Source of the DNA: an uncultured Caldilineaceae bacterium
GTDB lineage: Bacteria > Chloroflexota > Anaerolineae > 4572-78 > J111
Direction of reading: 5' to 3'
NCBI GenBank assembly: GCA_964398055.1
Contig: CAYNLK010000005.1
Location: forward strand, 77,875 to 141,874
Length of the DNA: 64,000 nucleotides
Below the pieces are notes generated by a model. The model worked only from the letters and a program-made list of their open reading frames with translations, ran no database searches and was not told where the DNA came from. A program made the translations under genes and the position numbers. Each line of letters starts with the position of its first letter. Position 1 is the stretch's first letter. Of the stretch, positions 27,090-37,100 are shown piece after piece.

Positions 27090-27380
27090 ATGATACTGGT
27101 GCGTGATGTTTTTCAGGCCAAATACGGCCGGGGAGATGAGTTAGTGGCGTTATTCAAAGAGGTTAGAGAGGAATGGTTCGGCAACTATCCCTTCCGCATT
27201 CTGACCGACGCCAGCGGCCCATTCTTTACCGTGATTACCGAAATCGAGGTGACCAGTCTGGCGGCCTGGGAGCAGCTTACCGCCGAAGAGTTAGGCCGGC
27301 CAGAATTCGGGGAGTGGTTCGCCCGGATGACGCCGCTGGTTGAAAGCGGTCGGCGTGAGTTCTACCACATCCAAACGTGA
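27090..27380 (+). CDS. Small NIPSNAP/Dabb-like (ferredoxin-like alpha+beta) protein, function unknown
   Basis: AGGAGG RBS, 96 aa. The fold assignment is a tentative guess from the sequence pattern. Confidence 0.45.
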   Translation: MILVRDVFQAKYGRGDELVALFKEVREEWFGNYPFRILTDASGPFFTVITEIEVTSLAAWEQLTAEELGRPEFGEWFARMTPLVESGRREFYHIQT

Positions 27381-27384
27381 AAGT

Positions 27385-27415
27385 CGGGTTAATGCGGCTC
27401 GATGACCACATCTTT
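27385..27415. repeat. Left copy of the 31-bp direct repeat bracketing the PTS cassette
   Basis: CGGGTTAATGCGGCTCGATGACCACATCTTT matches 34167..34197 at 30 of 31 positions. Its reverse strand would encode ...KDVVIEPH-stop, as at the 3' end of gene 34171..38241. Confidence 0.85.
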
Positions 27416-27492
27416 GCCCTACCCCCAAAAATTCCCAAAGGCCGACAAAATATGATCACCTGATATCTTCCGGTCAAGAAACAGTTTCCAAA

Positions 27493-27521
27493 TTGACAGC
27501 CTCCCGAAACTGGTATATACT
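27493..27521 (+). promoter_or_regulatory. Near-consensus sigma-70 promoter of the PTS regulator/operon
   Basis: TTGACA-N17-TATACT. Confidence 0.6.
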
Positions 27522-27536
27522 GAACTATCGAGAATA

Positions 27537-27601
27537 TGTGCACTTATTGCAACTTTACTCTCTTCCTCAAAAAACGCTCAATCTAAAAGAAAAAGTGCAC
27601 A
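27537..27601. promoter_or_regulatory. Paired operator-like boxes
   Basis: TGTGCACTT (27537..27545) and its reverse complement AAGTGCACA (27593..27601). Both lie just downstream of the promoter and upstream of the SorC-family regulator gene. Confidence 0.35.
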
Positions 27602-27689
27602 GCTCAGCCGTTCAAGCTAACCCAGGTTCAACATCTTCCACATCCCCCGTTATTTTGTGAGCAGAGAGGCTCAATTTTCAGGATAGCCT

Positions 27690-28652
27690 ATGGCCTCTAA
27701 ACAAGAGCAGCTGATCCTGTTAGCCGAAGTGGCGATGCTCTATTACGAGAAAAAGATGACCCAGAGCGATATTGCCGCCATCCTCGATGTATCCCGCTCA
27801 ACCGTGTCGCGCCTGCTGGAAGAGGCGCTGCGCGAAAAAGTGGTCGAAATCACCATCAATTACCCCTGGCAATCCTCAGCTGAGTTGGAAGCCCGTCTAG
27901 AAGAACGATTCAAGCTAGAAACCGCCCGCGTCTTAATCGCCGATTATAAAGATGACCAGCAGCTACGTGAGGGGTTAGGCTCGCTGGCGGCTCGCTATTT
28001 GACCAGCATTCTGCGGGATGATACCGTCATCGGCGTCTCCTTTGGCCGGGCCATCTACCACACCATCAAAGCCTTGCGGGTAGCGCCCAGCTTCCAGCGC
28101 CGAATTGTCCAGATAGGCGGCGCCGGGAATTTTGACGACTTTGCCGTCGACGCGGTTGGGCTGGTTCAGTTGTTGGCCGAGACCATTGGCGGCAAATGTC
28201 ACTACCTGCATGTGCCCATGATTGTTGAAACTGAGGCTGTCCGCGACGCCTTAATGAACGAACCGGCGGTGCGGTACACCCTGGCACTGGCTCGACGGGC
28301 CGATATAATCTTAATCGGTATTGGGGCGGTTGGCCCGGAACTGGGCGTGGTCAATCCGGCTTACCAGGCCGTGGCAGTCCCTGTAGATAAGATAGAGCCG
28401 GGTCAGGCCATTGGCGCCATTGGCGGCCAGCTTTTCGATATCGAGGGGACGGTGCTGGCTACAGACATTAACCGGCGTGTCATTGGCCTTGAACTGGCCA
28501 GTTTCAAGCAGAGCAAACGGGTGGTGGCTGTCGCCGGTGGAAAGAATAAGGCCCTGGCTATTCTGGGGGCGCTGCGCGGTGGTTTTTTGAAGACCCTCAT
28601 TACGGATGAAACCGCAGCCAAAATTATTCTGGAAGCGGACCGGCAATTTTGA
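27690..28652 (+). CDS. SorC/DeoR-type sugar-binding transcriptional regulator
   Basis: N-terminal HTH (MTQSDIAAILDVSRSTVSRLL) and a C-terminal SorC sugar-binding domain (GVSFGRAIY..., VVAVAGGKNKALAILGALRGG). Confidence 0.85.
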   Translation: MASKQEQLILLAEVAMLYYEKKMTQSDIAAILDVSRSTVSRLLEEALREKVVEITINYPWQSSAELEARLEERFKLETARVLIADYKDDQQLREGLGSLAARYLTSILRDDTVIGVSFGRAIYHTIKALRVAPSFQRRIVQIGGAGNFDDFAVDAVGLVQLLAETIGGKCHYLHVPMIVETEAVRDALMNEPAVRYTLALARRADIILIGIGAVGPELGVVNPAYQAVAVPVDKIEPGQAIGAIGGQLFDIEGTVLATDINRRVIGLELASFKQSKRVVAVAGGKNKALAILGALRGGFLKTLITDETAAKIILEADRQF

Positions 28653-28741
28653 ATTGCGTTCCCAAGCTGTTGGGAGCAAGCAGTCAAAGCATCGACTGAC
28701 CTGACCCCCTAGCCAGCCACCCGCACGAAAGGAGTGGTATT

Positions 28742-29032
28742 TTGAGTTTAGAAAAGCCAAAGACCATTTTGGTTGCCTGCGGCCGGGCTGTTGCCACCTC
28801 AACCCTGGTCGCCCAGACCATCAAAGATATCCTGGCCGAACGGGGCTTTGAGGTGACCACAATTCCATGTACCGTCTCTGAAGTACCCGGGCGCGCCGCC
28901 GGGGCCGACCTGGTTGTCAGTACTACCCAGATTCCGGCCAACTTGGACATCCCGGTCATCGTAACCCTAGGCTTCTTAACCGGTATGGGTCGAGAGCGGG
29001 TCGTCGAACAGATCATTAGCTACCTCCACTAA
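28742..29032 (+). CDS. PTS EIIB component (PTS_IIB, galactitol/ascorbate type), copy 1
   Basis: KTILVACGRAVATSTLV with an active-site Cys. TTG start 7 nt after GGAG. Confidence 0.8.
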   Translation: MSLEKPKTILVACGRAVATSTLVAQTIKDILAERGFEVTTIPCTVSEVPGRAAGADLVVSTTQIPANLDIPVIVTLGFLTGMGRERVVEQIISYLH

Positions 29033-29068
29033 CCATTCACCAAAAACCAACCAAGAAAGGAAACGGTT

Positions 29069-29350
29069 ATGCAAAAAGTAGAAGTTACGATACGCCATCA
29101 AGTAGGCTTACATGCCCGCCCCGCCGCCCTCTTTGTGCAAACCGCTAATAAGTTCAAGTCGGAGATTCAGGTTATCAATAATGAACGTGAAGCCGATGCC
29201 AAGAGTATTCTCTCGATTTTAACGCTGGGCGCGGGGCAAGGGGCGGTCGTCAAACTGATTGCCGCAGGCGAAGATGAGGAGCAAGCCGTGGCGACCTTAT
29301 GCCAATTGATCGAAAGGAATTTTGGCGAATCCGAGGGGAACGGTCAATGA
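29069..29350 (+). CDS. ptsH: Phosphocarrier protein HPr
   Basis: VGLHARPAALFV (His-15 region) and the Ser-46 region ADAKSILSIL. Confidence 0.9.
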   Translation: MQKVEVTIRHQVGLHARPAALFVQTANKFKSEIQVINNEREADAKSILSILTLGAGQGAVVKLIAAGEDEEQAVATLCQLIERNFGESEGNGQ

Positions 29351-29817
29351 CCAGTCTAAATATCCTAAATTTATTGGAACCAACCGCAACTTTCTTTGGG
29401 CTTACCGCGGCCAATGCCGCCGAAATTATCACCCACCTGGGCAATCGATTGTATGAGGCCGGGTACGTGCGCGACTCCTTTGTGGCGGCCGCCCTGGCCC
29501 GTGAACAAGAGCTGCCAACCGGTCTGCCACTGGCTGGCCAAGTGAATGCCGCCATCCCTCACACCGACATTGAACACGTACTCAAAGCCGGCCTGGCCCT
29601 GGCCACTCTAGCTGAGCCGGTTACTTTTCAAAATATGGCCATACCGGCAGAAGCAGTGCCGGTGCAACTGGTCTTTTTGCTGGCGTTGGATCAACCCAAA
29701 GCCCAGATCGAGATGCTGCAAGAAATTGCCAGTTTACTACAACAGCCAGCAGTGGTGGCCCGGTTGATGGAAGCTCATGATTTTGAAGATGTCAAAACCA
29801 TTTTGTCGGCTACCTAA
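29347..29817 (+). CDS. PTS EIIA component (PTS_EIIA_2, mannitol/fructose/galactitol type)
   Basis: ATGA overlap with the HPr stop and the phospho-His motif AIPHTD. Confidence 0.8.
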   Translation: MTSLNILNLLEPTATFFGLTAANAAEIITHLGNRLYEAGYVRDSFVAAALAREQELPTGLPLAGQVNAAIPHTDIEHVLKAGLALATLAEPVTFQNMAIPAEAVPVQLVFLLALDQPKAQIEMLQEIASLLQQPAVVARLMEAHDFEDVKTILSAT

Positions 29818-29884
29818 AAGAAAACCAAACTCGCAACCGTTGGCAGTTAACAGGGTTAAGTCAAGCAAATGAAAGGAGATTTTG

Positions 29885-30172
29885 ATGGCCGCACCTAAAA
29901 CAATCTTGGTTGCTTGTGGTACTGCTATTGCTACCTCAACGATGGTCGCCAAAGCCATTGAGGAGGCAATGAAAGCCCGGGGGATATCGGTCCGAACCCG
30001 ACAATGCAAAGCGATGGAAGTGCGCAGCTTGGTCAAAGATGCCGACCTGGTGGTGACGACTACGCCGGTGCCCAGCGATTTGGGCGTGCCGGTTATCCAA
30101 ACCCTGGCTTTTTTGACCGGCCTGGGAAAGGAGGAGGCTATCGAACAGATTGCCAAAGCCTTACAGGGATAG
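29885..30172 (+). CDS. PTS EIIB component, copy 2
   Basis: KTILVACGTAIATSTMV. It is a paralogue of 28742..29032, with RBS AAAGGAGA. Confidence 0.8.
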   Translation: MAAPKTILVACGTAIATSTMVAKAIEEAMKARGISVRTRQCKAMEVRSLVKDADLVVTTTPVPSDLGVPVIQTLAFLTGLGKEEAIEQIAKALQG

Positions 30173-30250
30173 GCGTATTGGTGTGCAGTGATCTAACAAA
30201 CCAGATCAATACAAACTATGTTAGTTTATGCTCAATGATGGAGGGGATCC

Positions 30251-31672
30251 ATGGACGTTTTCTTAACCACTTTTAAAGCAGTCATTGATGGTCTTGGAGC
30301 AACGGTAGTCTTGCCGATCATCATCTTCTTCCTGGCCTGGATTCTGGGAGCCAAACCAGGGCGGGCTTTCCGAGCAGGTGTCATGGTCGGCATTGCTTTT
30401 ATTGGCATCAACCTGGTAATTGGCCTGATGTGGGGCACGCTGTCTGACGTGGCCCAGGCTATGGTAACCAATCTGGGCATCCAGCGCGACGTGGTCGATG
30501 TGGGCTGGCCTTCAGCTGCAGCCATCGCTTTTGGTTCAAAAGTCGGGCTGTGGGTCATTCCCGTCGCGCTGCTGATCAACGTAATATTGCTGGTGGCCCG
30601 CGTCACCAAAACCTTGAACGTAGACGTGTGGAACTTCTGGCACTTCGCCTTCATCGGCTCACTGGTAACAGCCACCACCGGCAGCTTGACCTACGGCATT
30701 GTCGGGGCAGCTATTGCCGCTATTTTGGCCCTGTTTCTGGCCGACTGGACGGCCAGGGGTGTGCAGCGCTTCTACAGCATTCCCGGCATTTCGATCCCTC
30801 ACCTGACCACGGCCCCCGGTGTGCCGATTGCCATTGCCATTAACTGGGTCATCGATAGAATCCCCGGTTTGCGGGACCTGGACGCCGATCCCGAAACAAT
30901 TCAACAGAAATTTGGTATTGTGGGTGAACCGGTCATTCAGGGGTTGGTGATCGGTTTGGTGCTGGGGATTTTGGGCTACTTCAACGCCGGCGACGCCCAG
31001 ACTGTCATCATCAAAATTCTGCAAACCGGCATGAACTTGGCTGCGGTGATGGTCTTACTGCCCCGGATGGTCCAACTTTTGATGGAAGGGATGATCCCGG
31101 TCTCGGAAGCGGCCCGCGATTTTATGCACAAGCGAGCCAGTGGGCGGGATATCTACATCGGCCTCGACTCGGCCATCCTGATTGGTCATCCGGCCGCCAT
31201 CTCCAGCTCACTCATTCTGGTACCCATTGCCATTCTGCTGAGTATCATCCTACCCGGCAACCGGGTCATCCTCTTTGCCGACCTGGCTGTTATCCCCTTT
31301 GTGGTGGCTATGTTCGCCCCGATCATGCGCGGCAATATCTTGCGGATGATCATTGGCGGAACGATAATACTGGGCATCGGCTTTTACATCGCCACCGGCA
31401 TGGCTTCCTTCTTCACCAGTGTTGCGGTTGAGTCCGGCTTTGCTATGCCACCGGAGGCTGCTTTCATCACCAGTATCGCCGACGGCTTTCTCTGGCCACC
31501 CTTTGTCTTCTTGACCGCGGCCCAGTGGGGCGGGATCATTGGCCTGATCGTCCTGCTGGTGATCCTGGCCGTGGTTATGTATCTGTACATGCTTGATCCC
31601 GAACCGTGGGAAATAGCCGCCGGCGCGCCGGCGGCTGAGGGAGCTACCGAGGCTCAGCCAGGCATAGCTTGA
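30251..31672 (+). CDS. PTS EIIC permease, galactitol (GatC) family
   Basis: Polytopic, 473 aa. The GatC-like N-terminus is FKAVIDGLGATVVLPIIIF, and the RBS is GGAGGGG. Confidence 0.8.
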   Translation: MDVFLTTFKAVIDGLGATVVLPIIIFFLAWILGAKPGRAFRAGVMVGIAFIGINLVIGLMWGTLSDVAQAMVTNLGIQRDVVDVGWPSAAAIAFGSKVGLWVIPVALLINVILLVARVTKTLNVDVWNFWHFAFIGSLVTATTGSLTYGIVGAAIAAILALFLADWTARGVQRFYSIPGISIPHLTTAPGVPIAIAINWVIDRIPGLRDLDADPETIQQKFGIVGEPVIQGLVIGLVLGILGYFNAGDAQTVIIKILQTGMNLAAVMVLLPRMVQLLMEGMIPVSEAARDFMHKRASGRDIYIGLDSAILIGHPAAISSSLILVPIAILLSIILPGNRVILFADLAVIPFVVAMFAPIMRGNILRMIIGGTIILGIGFYIATGMASFFTSVAVESGFAMPPEAAFITSIADGFLWPPFVFLTAAQWGGIIGLIVLLVILAVVMYLYMLDPEPWEIAAGAPAAEGATEAQPGIA

Positions 31673-31756
31673 TCCTTTCCCACACCCGAGAGTTGCCAGT
31701 ATCGAACTGCCGGGCGCTTAACCACCATATTTGGCTCACCCTGTTTGTTATGTTCA

Positions 31757-31835
31757 GAAACCCGGTTTTTGACGCCGCAAAACCGACAGCTTTTCGTCAA
31801 ACTGAGCTTATGTGAGGCTAAAAAACCGGGTTTCT
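31757..31835. repeat. Perfect 14-nt inverted repeat inside the PTS operon
   Basis: GAAACCCGGTTTTT (31757..31770) and AAAAACCGGGTTTC (31822..31835), separated by 51 nt. Confidence 0.7.
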
Positions 31836-31867
31836 ACGGCCGGCAGCAGAATGACAGCCTGATCGAT

Positions 31868-31954
31868 ATGACCATCAAAGCCATCACCTTTGATTTTTGG
31901 TTCACCCTGATAGCCTTACTACTGAAATGGGGTGAGCAGTCAACAAGTCGGTGA
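31868..31954 (+). pseudogene. 5' remnant of a HAD-superfamily hydrolase gene
   Basis: MTIKAITFDFWFTLI resembles HAD motif I (DxDxT region). The frame then runs into unrelated sequence and stops after 28 codons. Confidence 0.3.
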
Positions 31955-31958
31955 AACG

Positions 31959-32396
31959 ATGATATTGGAATTTACCAAAGGTGTGCTGGGTCCCTTTGCC
32001 TACGTTCTTGATTTTCTCTTGGAGAACCCGGTTATTACAACCACACTTCTACTGGTCTGGCTGACTATTTACCTGGCTGGTCGAGTGCAACTGCGCCAGA
32101 TCGAACAGAAATCCAGGGCCCTGGTGCTGCAATTGAGCCGGGAATATCTGGCCCAACAACCCCACCTCTCGGCCACAGGACTTTACCAGCACATCTATCC
32201 CCACTGGAGCAAAGCCGTGCCCGGCTGGGGCCGCTTTGTGCCGCATCGCCTCGATTTGTGGCCGGTGCCGGCGACGCCGGAAAACGTGGCTCAGAAAATT
32301 GCTTTTTCACCCCGCTGGATTGCTGAGCTGCTTGACGCCCAAAATATTAACCTGCCACCGGATCAGCCCCACCCTGCTGACAGACTGCAATTGTAA
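31959..32396 (+). CDS. Hypothetical single-TM protein
   Basis: ORF with one TM helix (ITTTLLLVWLTIYLAG), located between EIIC and EI. No recognisable motif. Confidence 0.4.
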   Translation: MILEFTKGVLGPFAYVLDFLLENPVITTTLLLVWLTIYLAGRVQLRQIEQKSRALVLQLSREYLAQQPHLSATGLYQHIYPHWSKAVPGWGRFVPHRLDLWPVPATPENVAQKIAFSPRWIAELLDAQNINLPPDQPHPADRLQL

Positions 32397-32464
32397 CTCT
32401 CACGTTAGTCCAGATGTAAGTTAAGATGAGGCTATTTCCAATATAACCTTAAGGACAAACAGTG

Positions 32465-34174
32465 ATGCACGTTATCAAGGGTATTCCAGCCTCAGCTGGG
32501 ATAGCTATCGGCCCGGCTTACATTTACCGCCCCCAGAAGTTCACCATCCCCCGCTACAGCGCCGCCGATCCAACCGCAGAATGGCGGCGGCTGGAAAGGG
32601 CGCTGGCCCAGGCCGAACTCGAGTTGCGCGCCTTACGGGACAAGGTGGCCCGGGAGACTGATGAAGCCGAGGCCCAAATCTTTGACGCTCACATCATGAT
32701 GCTGAATGATCCCACCCTGAAACGAGAAACGCAGGCGCTGCTCAATAGCCGGCAGCTCAACGCCGAAGCCGCCCTGAACGAAGTGATGAACGTCCAGATT
32801 GCTCTACTGGAGTCGCTGGCTGATCCCTACCTGGCGGCTCGCGCCGCCGACCTGCGCGACATCAGCCAACGAGTCACCCGCCTTCTGTTGGGATTAGACA
32901 CCCAATCGCTGGCCGACCTGACCACGCCGGCTATCCTCATCGCTCACGACCTGACCCCTTCCGACACCGCCGCCCTCGATACCCGCTATATCTTGGGCTT
33001 TTGCACGGCCGTCGGCGGGCCGACCGCGCATACGGCCATTTTGGCCCGTAGTCTAGGTCTGCCTGCGATCGTCGGCGCCGGCGAGGCGGTGTTGGACATT
33101 CCGGCCGGTGACCTGCTGATTTTGAACGGCAGCGCCGGCCAACTGCTTCTATCGCCCGATCAGCCGACTCAGGCCAGCTACCGGCAGCGCCAGACTGAAT
33201 GGCTGGCCCAACAGACCACCGTCCGGCAGGCCGCGCAAACGCCGGCCGTCACTCGCGACGGGCAGCAAGTCGAAGTGGTGGCCAATATCGGCAGTGTCGA
33301 AGAGGTCGATATGGTCCTGGCTTGCGGTGGCGAGGGCGTGGGGCTGCTGCGGACTGAGTTCATCTACCTGGAGCGGGCCACCGCCCCTACCGAAGAAGAG
33401 CAGTATCGTCTTTACCGCCGTATTGCCGAACGACTGGGCCAGCGACCCCTGATCATCCGCACCCTTGACATCGGCGGTGACAAAATGCTACCCTACCTGG
33501 CGCTGCCCCTGGAAGAAAATCCCTTTTTGGGTCAGCGCGGTCTGCGGCTGTGCCTGGCGGAGCCGGATATGTTCAAAACCCAATTACGGGCCATTTTACG
33601 TGCGGCTGAAGGCTACAACCTCAAAATTATGTTCCCCATGGTGGCCACAGTGGCGGAAATCCGGCAGGCCAAAGCTATGCTGGTAGAAGCCCGGGCCGAG
33701 TTAGAAGCCAAGCAAGTTAGTTACGGCCAGCCGGAAGTGGGCATTATGATTGAGGTGCCAACCGCGGCTCTGACCGCCGACCTGCTGGCCCGAGAAGTTG
33801 ACTTCTTTAGCATTGGCACCAACGATCTGACCCAGTACACTATGGCGGCCGACCGTACCAATGCTCGAGTCCAATCCCTGGCCGACGCGCTCCATCCGGG
33901 TGTCCTGCGACTGATCGCCCAGACCATTCAGCAAGCGCACGCGGCCGGCATCTGGGTGGGTCTGTGCGGCGAATTGGCCGGCGATCCGGCGGCAACGCCT
34001 ATCCTGCTGGGCCTGGAACTGGACGAATTCAGTATGGCCGCCACTGCCATCCCGGCGGTGAAAGTTGCCATCCGGAGTTGGTCGGCGGCGGAGGCTAAGA
34101 CTCTGGCCGCAGCAGCCCTGGCCCAGGAAGATGCGGCCGGGGTGAGAAAGCTGCTCCAGCAACCGCCGGGTTAA
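32465..34174 (+). CDS. ptsI: Phosphoenolpyruvate--protein phosphotransferase (PTS enzyme I)
   Basis: Phospho-His region GGPTAHTAILARSLGLPA and a PEP-utilising C-domain (LRTEFIY, GTNDLTQY, CGELAGD). Confidence 0.95.
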   Translation: MHVIKGIPASAGIAIGPAYIYRPQKFTIPRYSAADPTAEWRRLERALAQAELELRALRDKVARETDEAEAQIFDAHIMMLNDPTLKRETQALLNSRQLNAEAALNEVMNVQIALLESLADPYLAARAADLRDISQRVTRLLLGLDTQSLADLTTPAILIAHDLTPSDTAALDTRYILGFCTAVGGPTAHTAILARSLGLPAIVGAGEAVLDIPAGDLLILNGSAGQLLLSPDQPTQASYRQRQTEWLAQQTTVRQAAQTPAVTRDGQQVEVVANIGSVEEVDMVLACGGEGVGLLRTEFIYLERATAPTEEEQYRLYRRIAERLGQRPLIIRTLDIGGDKMLPYLALPLEENPFLGQRGLRLCLAEPDMFKTQLRAILRAAEGYNLKIMFPMVATVAEIRQAKAMLVEARAELEAKQVSYGQPEVGIMIEVPTAALTADLLAREVDFFSIGTNDLTQYTMAADRTNARVQSLADALHPGVLRLIAQTIQQAHAAGIWVGLCGELAGDPAATPILLGLELDEFSMAATAIPAVKVAIRSWSAAEAKTLAAAALAQEDAAGVRKLLQQPPG

Positions 34175-34197
34175 TGCGGCTCGATGACCACGTCTTT
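34167..34197. repeat. Right copy of the 31-bp direct repeat bracketing the PTS cassette
   Basis: CGGGTTAATGCGGCTCGATGACCACGTCTTT. It overlaps the ptsI stop codon and the last 9 codons of the convergent gene 34171..38241. Confidence 0.85.
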
Positions 34198-37100
34198 CCA
34201 AAACGAGGCTTTGAGGGGCGAGGTTGGGTATCGACTGACCCACGGCTTGATCAACTGATGCCGCTGCAGATAGAGATAGGGAATAATCACTGCCTCTTCA
34301 ACCAGAATCCGGTCGGCTTGCCGGTATAGCGCCATCCGCTCGGCCTGGTTGGTCAGCCGCCGGGCCTGCTCCACCAACCGGTCATACGTTTCGTTAGACC
34401 AGCGAGTTTCCTGCCGAAAAGTGCTGGCCCGCAAAAAATTGTCGGGATCGGGATAGTCAGCCTTCCAACCGATCCGAAATAGTTGAGCCGGCGCCTGGCG
34501 CAATTTGTCAAAGAATAATTTCTCCGGTACGGCCCGGCTGGTGAGCTTGACCCCCAGGTTTTCAGCCCACTGAGCTTGCAAGTACTCCATCACCCGATCC
34601 GTGCCCGGAATTGACAGCCATTCCAGCGCCGGAAATTGGCGCCCGCCCGGATAGCCGGCTTCCGCCAGCAGCAGCCGGGCCTGGTCGGGGTCGTAGGGCA
34701 GGCCGATGCCGGGTGAGTGGCCAGGCATCCCTACCGGCACAAAGCCGCCGCTGGCCGGAAAAGCATAGCCGCCCAGCACCATGTGGGCCAGCGTTTCTTT
34801 GTCGATGGCCATAGCAAAAGCTCGCCGGACGCGCCGGTCGTTGAAGGGCGGCCGGCTCAGGTTGAAGCCGATGTAATGGGTATTCAACATCGGCCCGGCC
34901 AGGTAATCATCGGCGTGACGCTGCCGCACCCGCTCGATCTCCGGCCCGGTCAGAAACCACAACGCCGAGATATCGATCTCATCCGCATCATACTTGGTAA
35001 TTTCAGCAGATCGCTCGGCCAGAAAACGCAGTTCCACCCGGGCCACATTGCCCGTGGCCGCTCCCCGGTAATCAAAATTGCGGGCCAGGGTAATCACTTG
35101 GCCGGGCTGCCAGCTTTCTAGTTTGAACGGCCCATTGGTCACCAGATGGGCCGGGTCAGTCCAGGCGTGACCATACATCTCCACCACGTGACGGGGTAAG
35201 GGATAGGTGGCGTTGTGAGTCAACAACTGCAAAAAGTAACTGGTCGGCCCTTCCAATTCCACAACCAGCGTGACCGGGTCCAGCGCCTGGACTCCCACCT
35301 GGCCGGGGTCGGTCAATTCACCCCGGTGAAAGGCTCGAGCGTTTTTGATATCATACAGGGCAGTGGCTACAGGCGAACCAATGGCCGGCTGCAACGCTCG
35401 TTTCCAGCTATACTCAAAGTCGAACGCCGTCACCGGGACACCGTCACTCCAATACATGTCGTCGCGCAGGTGGAAAATATATTGGCGGCCGGCCGCCAGC
35501 ACTTCCCAACGGTGAGCGATGTTGGGTATAACCTCCATTTCGGGACTTTGCTCTAACAGCCCGCTGAAAAGCTGGTCGATGATTCGAGCTGAGATGCCGT
35601 CGCTGGCCATAATGGGGTCCAAGGTAGCCGGTTCTCCTCCCACCAACCGGAGGGCGTGCAGCGCCGGGGACAGATCGGCCGGCCGGCTGGCCCCGGCCCG
35701 CTGCCACAGGGCAAAACCTTCGGCGTAAGCCTGGCGAGCCTGTTCAAAATCAAAGCCCAGATGATAGGTCAAGCCCAGTTTCATCAACGTCCGGGCGGCC
35801 CGGTCGTAAGCTCCCTGCTGCTTTAAAAAAGCCAGCGCCTGCTGGTAAAAATCAGCCGCTTCCTGGTGAGCGTACAGGCTACGGGCCTGATCGCCGGCTT
35901 GCAGCAAATAATCAATCGCCTTGTCCACCTGGCCGGCCTGGGCGTAGTGCCGGGCCAACTGCACGGTCACAGCCTCCACTTGCGGCGCGTACAGCTCCTC
36001 CAGGGCCACGGCTACCTGGCGATGCAATAAGCGCCGCTCGCCGGCGCTGAGATTATGGTAGAGATACTGCTGAAACAGGGTGTGTGAAAAGGCGAAGCGG
36101 GCCAGAAAATGGCCGTTGACCTGCACCTCGCCCTCTTCGCGGACCAATTGGTGACGCCGGACCAGCGTTTGGGAAAGGGCGCGCAGCAGTTGGCGTTCGC
36201 TCACGGCCTGCACCTGAGCGACCACCTGGGCGGTAAACTGCTCCCCTTCCACGCTGGCAACGGTTAGCAGCTCCCGCAGTTCTTCGTCCAGCCGGCCCAA
36301 GCGCTCCTCGATGACCGCCTCGACCCGCGCCGGCAGGGCCGCCCAATTCAGCGCCGGTCCGGCCAACCAGTCGCCCTGCTCATTTTGAATGATGTCCCCC
36401 CGTTCGCGCATGGCTCGCAGCAACTCGACCGTAAAGAGCGGATGGCCCTGGGTCTGTTTAAAGAGGGCGGCCCGGAACTCTGGCCCCAGTTGGTTAGGCT
36501 GGGTATCCAGCAAAGCCTCCACAAAATCACGGTCCGGCGTCTGGCTTAAATCGATCTGAACGTTGCCATAGGTGCGCTTTAACTCATTGACGACCGGCTC
36601 AAGAGGATGGCGCTCGCGCTGGCCCGGTTCGCCGGCCGGCCGGCCCAGGGCGACCTCGTCCGGCCGGTACGTCACCAGCAACAAAATTCGACTGGCCTGA
36701 AGTTGGCGACCAAAGTGAAACAACAGGTTAATCGAGGCCAGGTCGGCCCATTGGGCGTCATCAATGACCAGCAGCAGCGGCGCGGTTTGGGTTACGGCCT
36801 GCAACACTTTGCTGAACTGCTCAAACAAATCGCTTTGGGCAACCTTGGTTACCTCATCGACCTCTGGCCGGTCGAGCCGGTTCAACCAATACCTCTGGTC
36901 CGGCGGCAACTTGGTGGCCTGAACTTGCAGCGGTGCAGTTGGCACAAAAGTGCCAATGAGGTCGGGACCAAACTCAACCAGGGCCTGGGCTACCTGCGGG
37001 AAGAGCGCCCACAGCCGGGCCGCATTGACCTGGGTCAGCAGACCCCGCCGCCAGCGAGTTTCAAGCTCGCCGGCCAGCAAATTCAGGATCTCCCGAAAAG

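Noticed and set aside
28684-30156. Antisense ORFs 28684..29016 and 29737..30156 opposite the two EIIB genes.
   Set aside because: These are mirror ORFs of paralogous genes. Their similarity to each other simply reflects the EIIB duplication on the other strand.
31745-31954. A 69-aa ORF between EIIC and the next gene, considered as a real gene.
   Set aside because: Only residues 42-56 (MTIKAITFDFWFTLI) look like protein, the HAD motif I region. The upstream part lies over the 14-nt inverted repeat. It is treated as a gene remnant, not a functional CDS.
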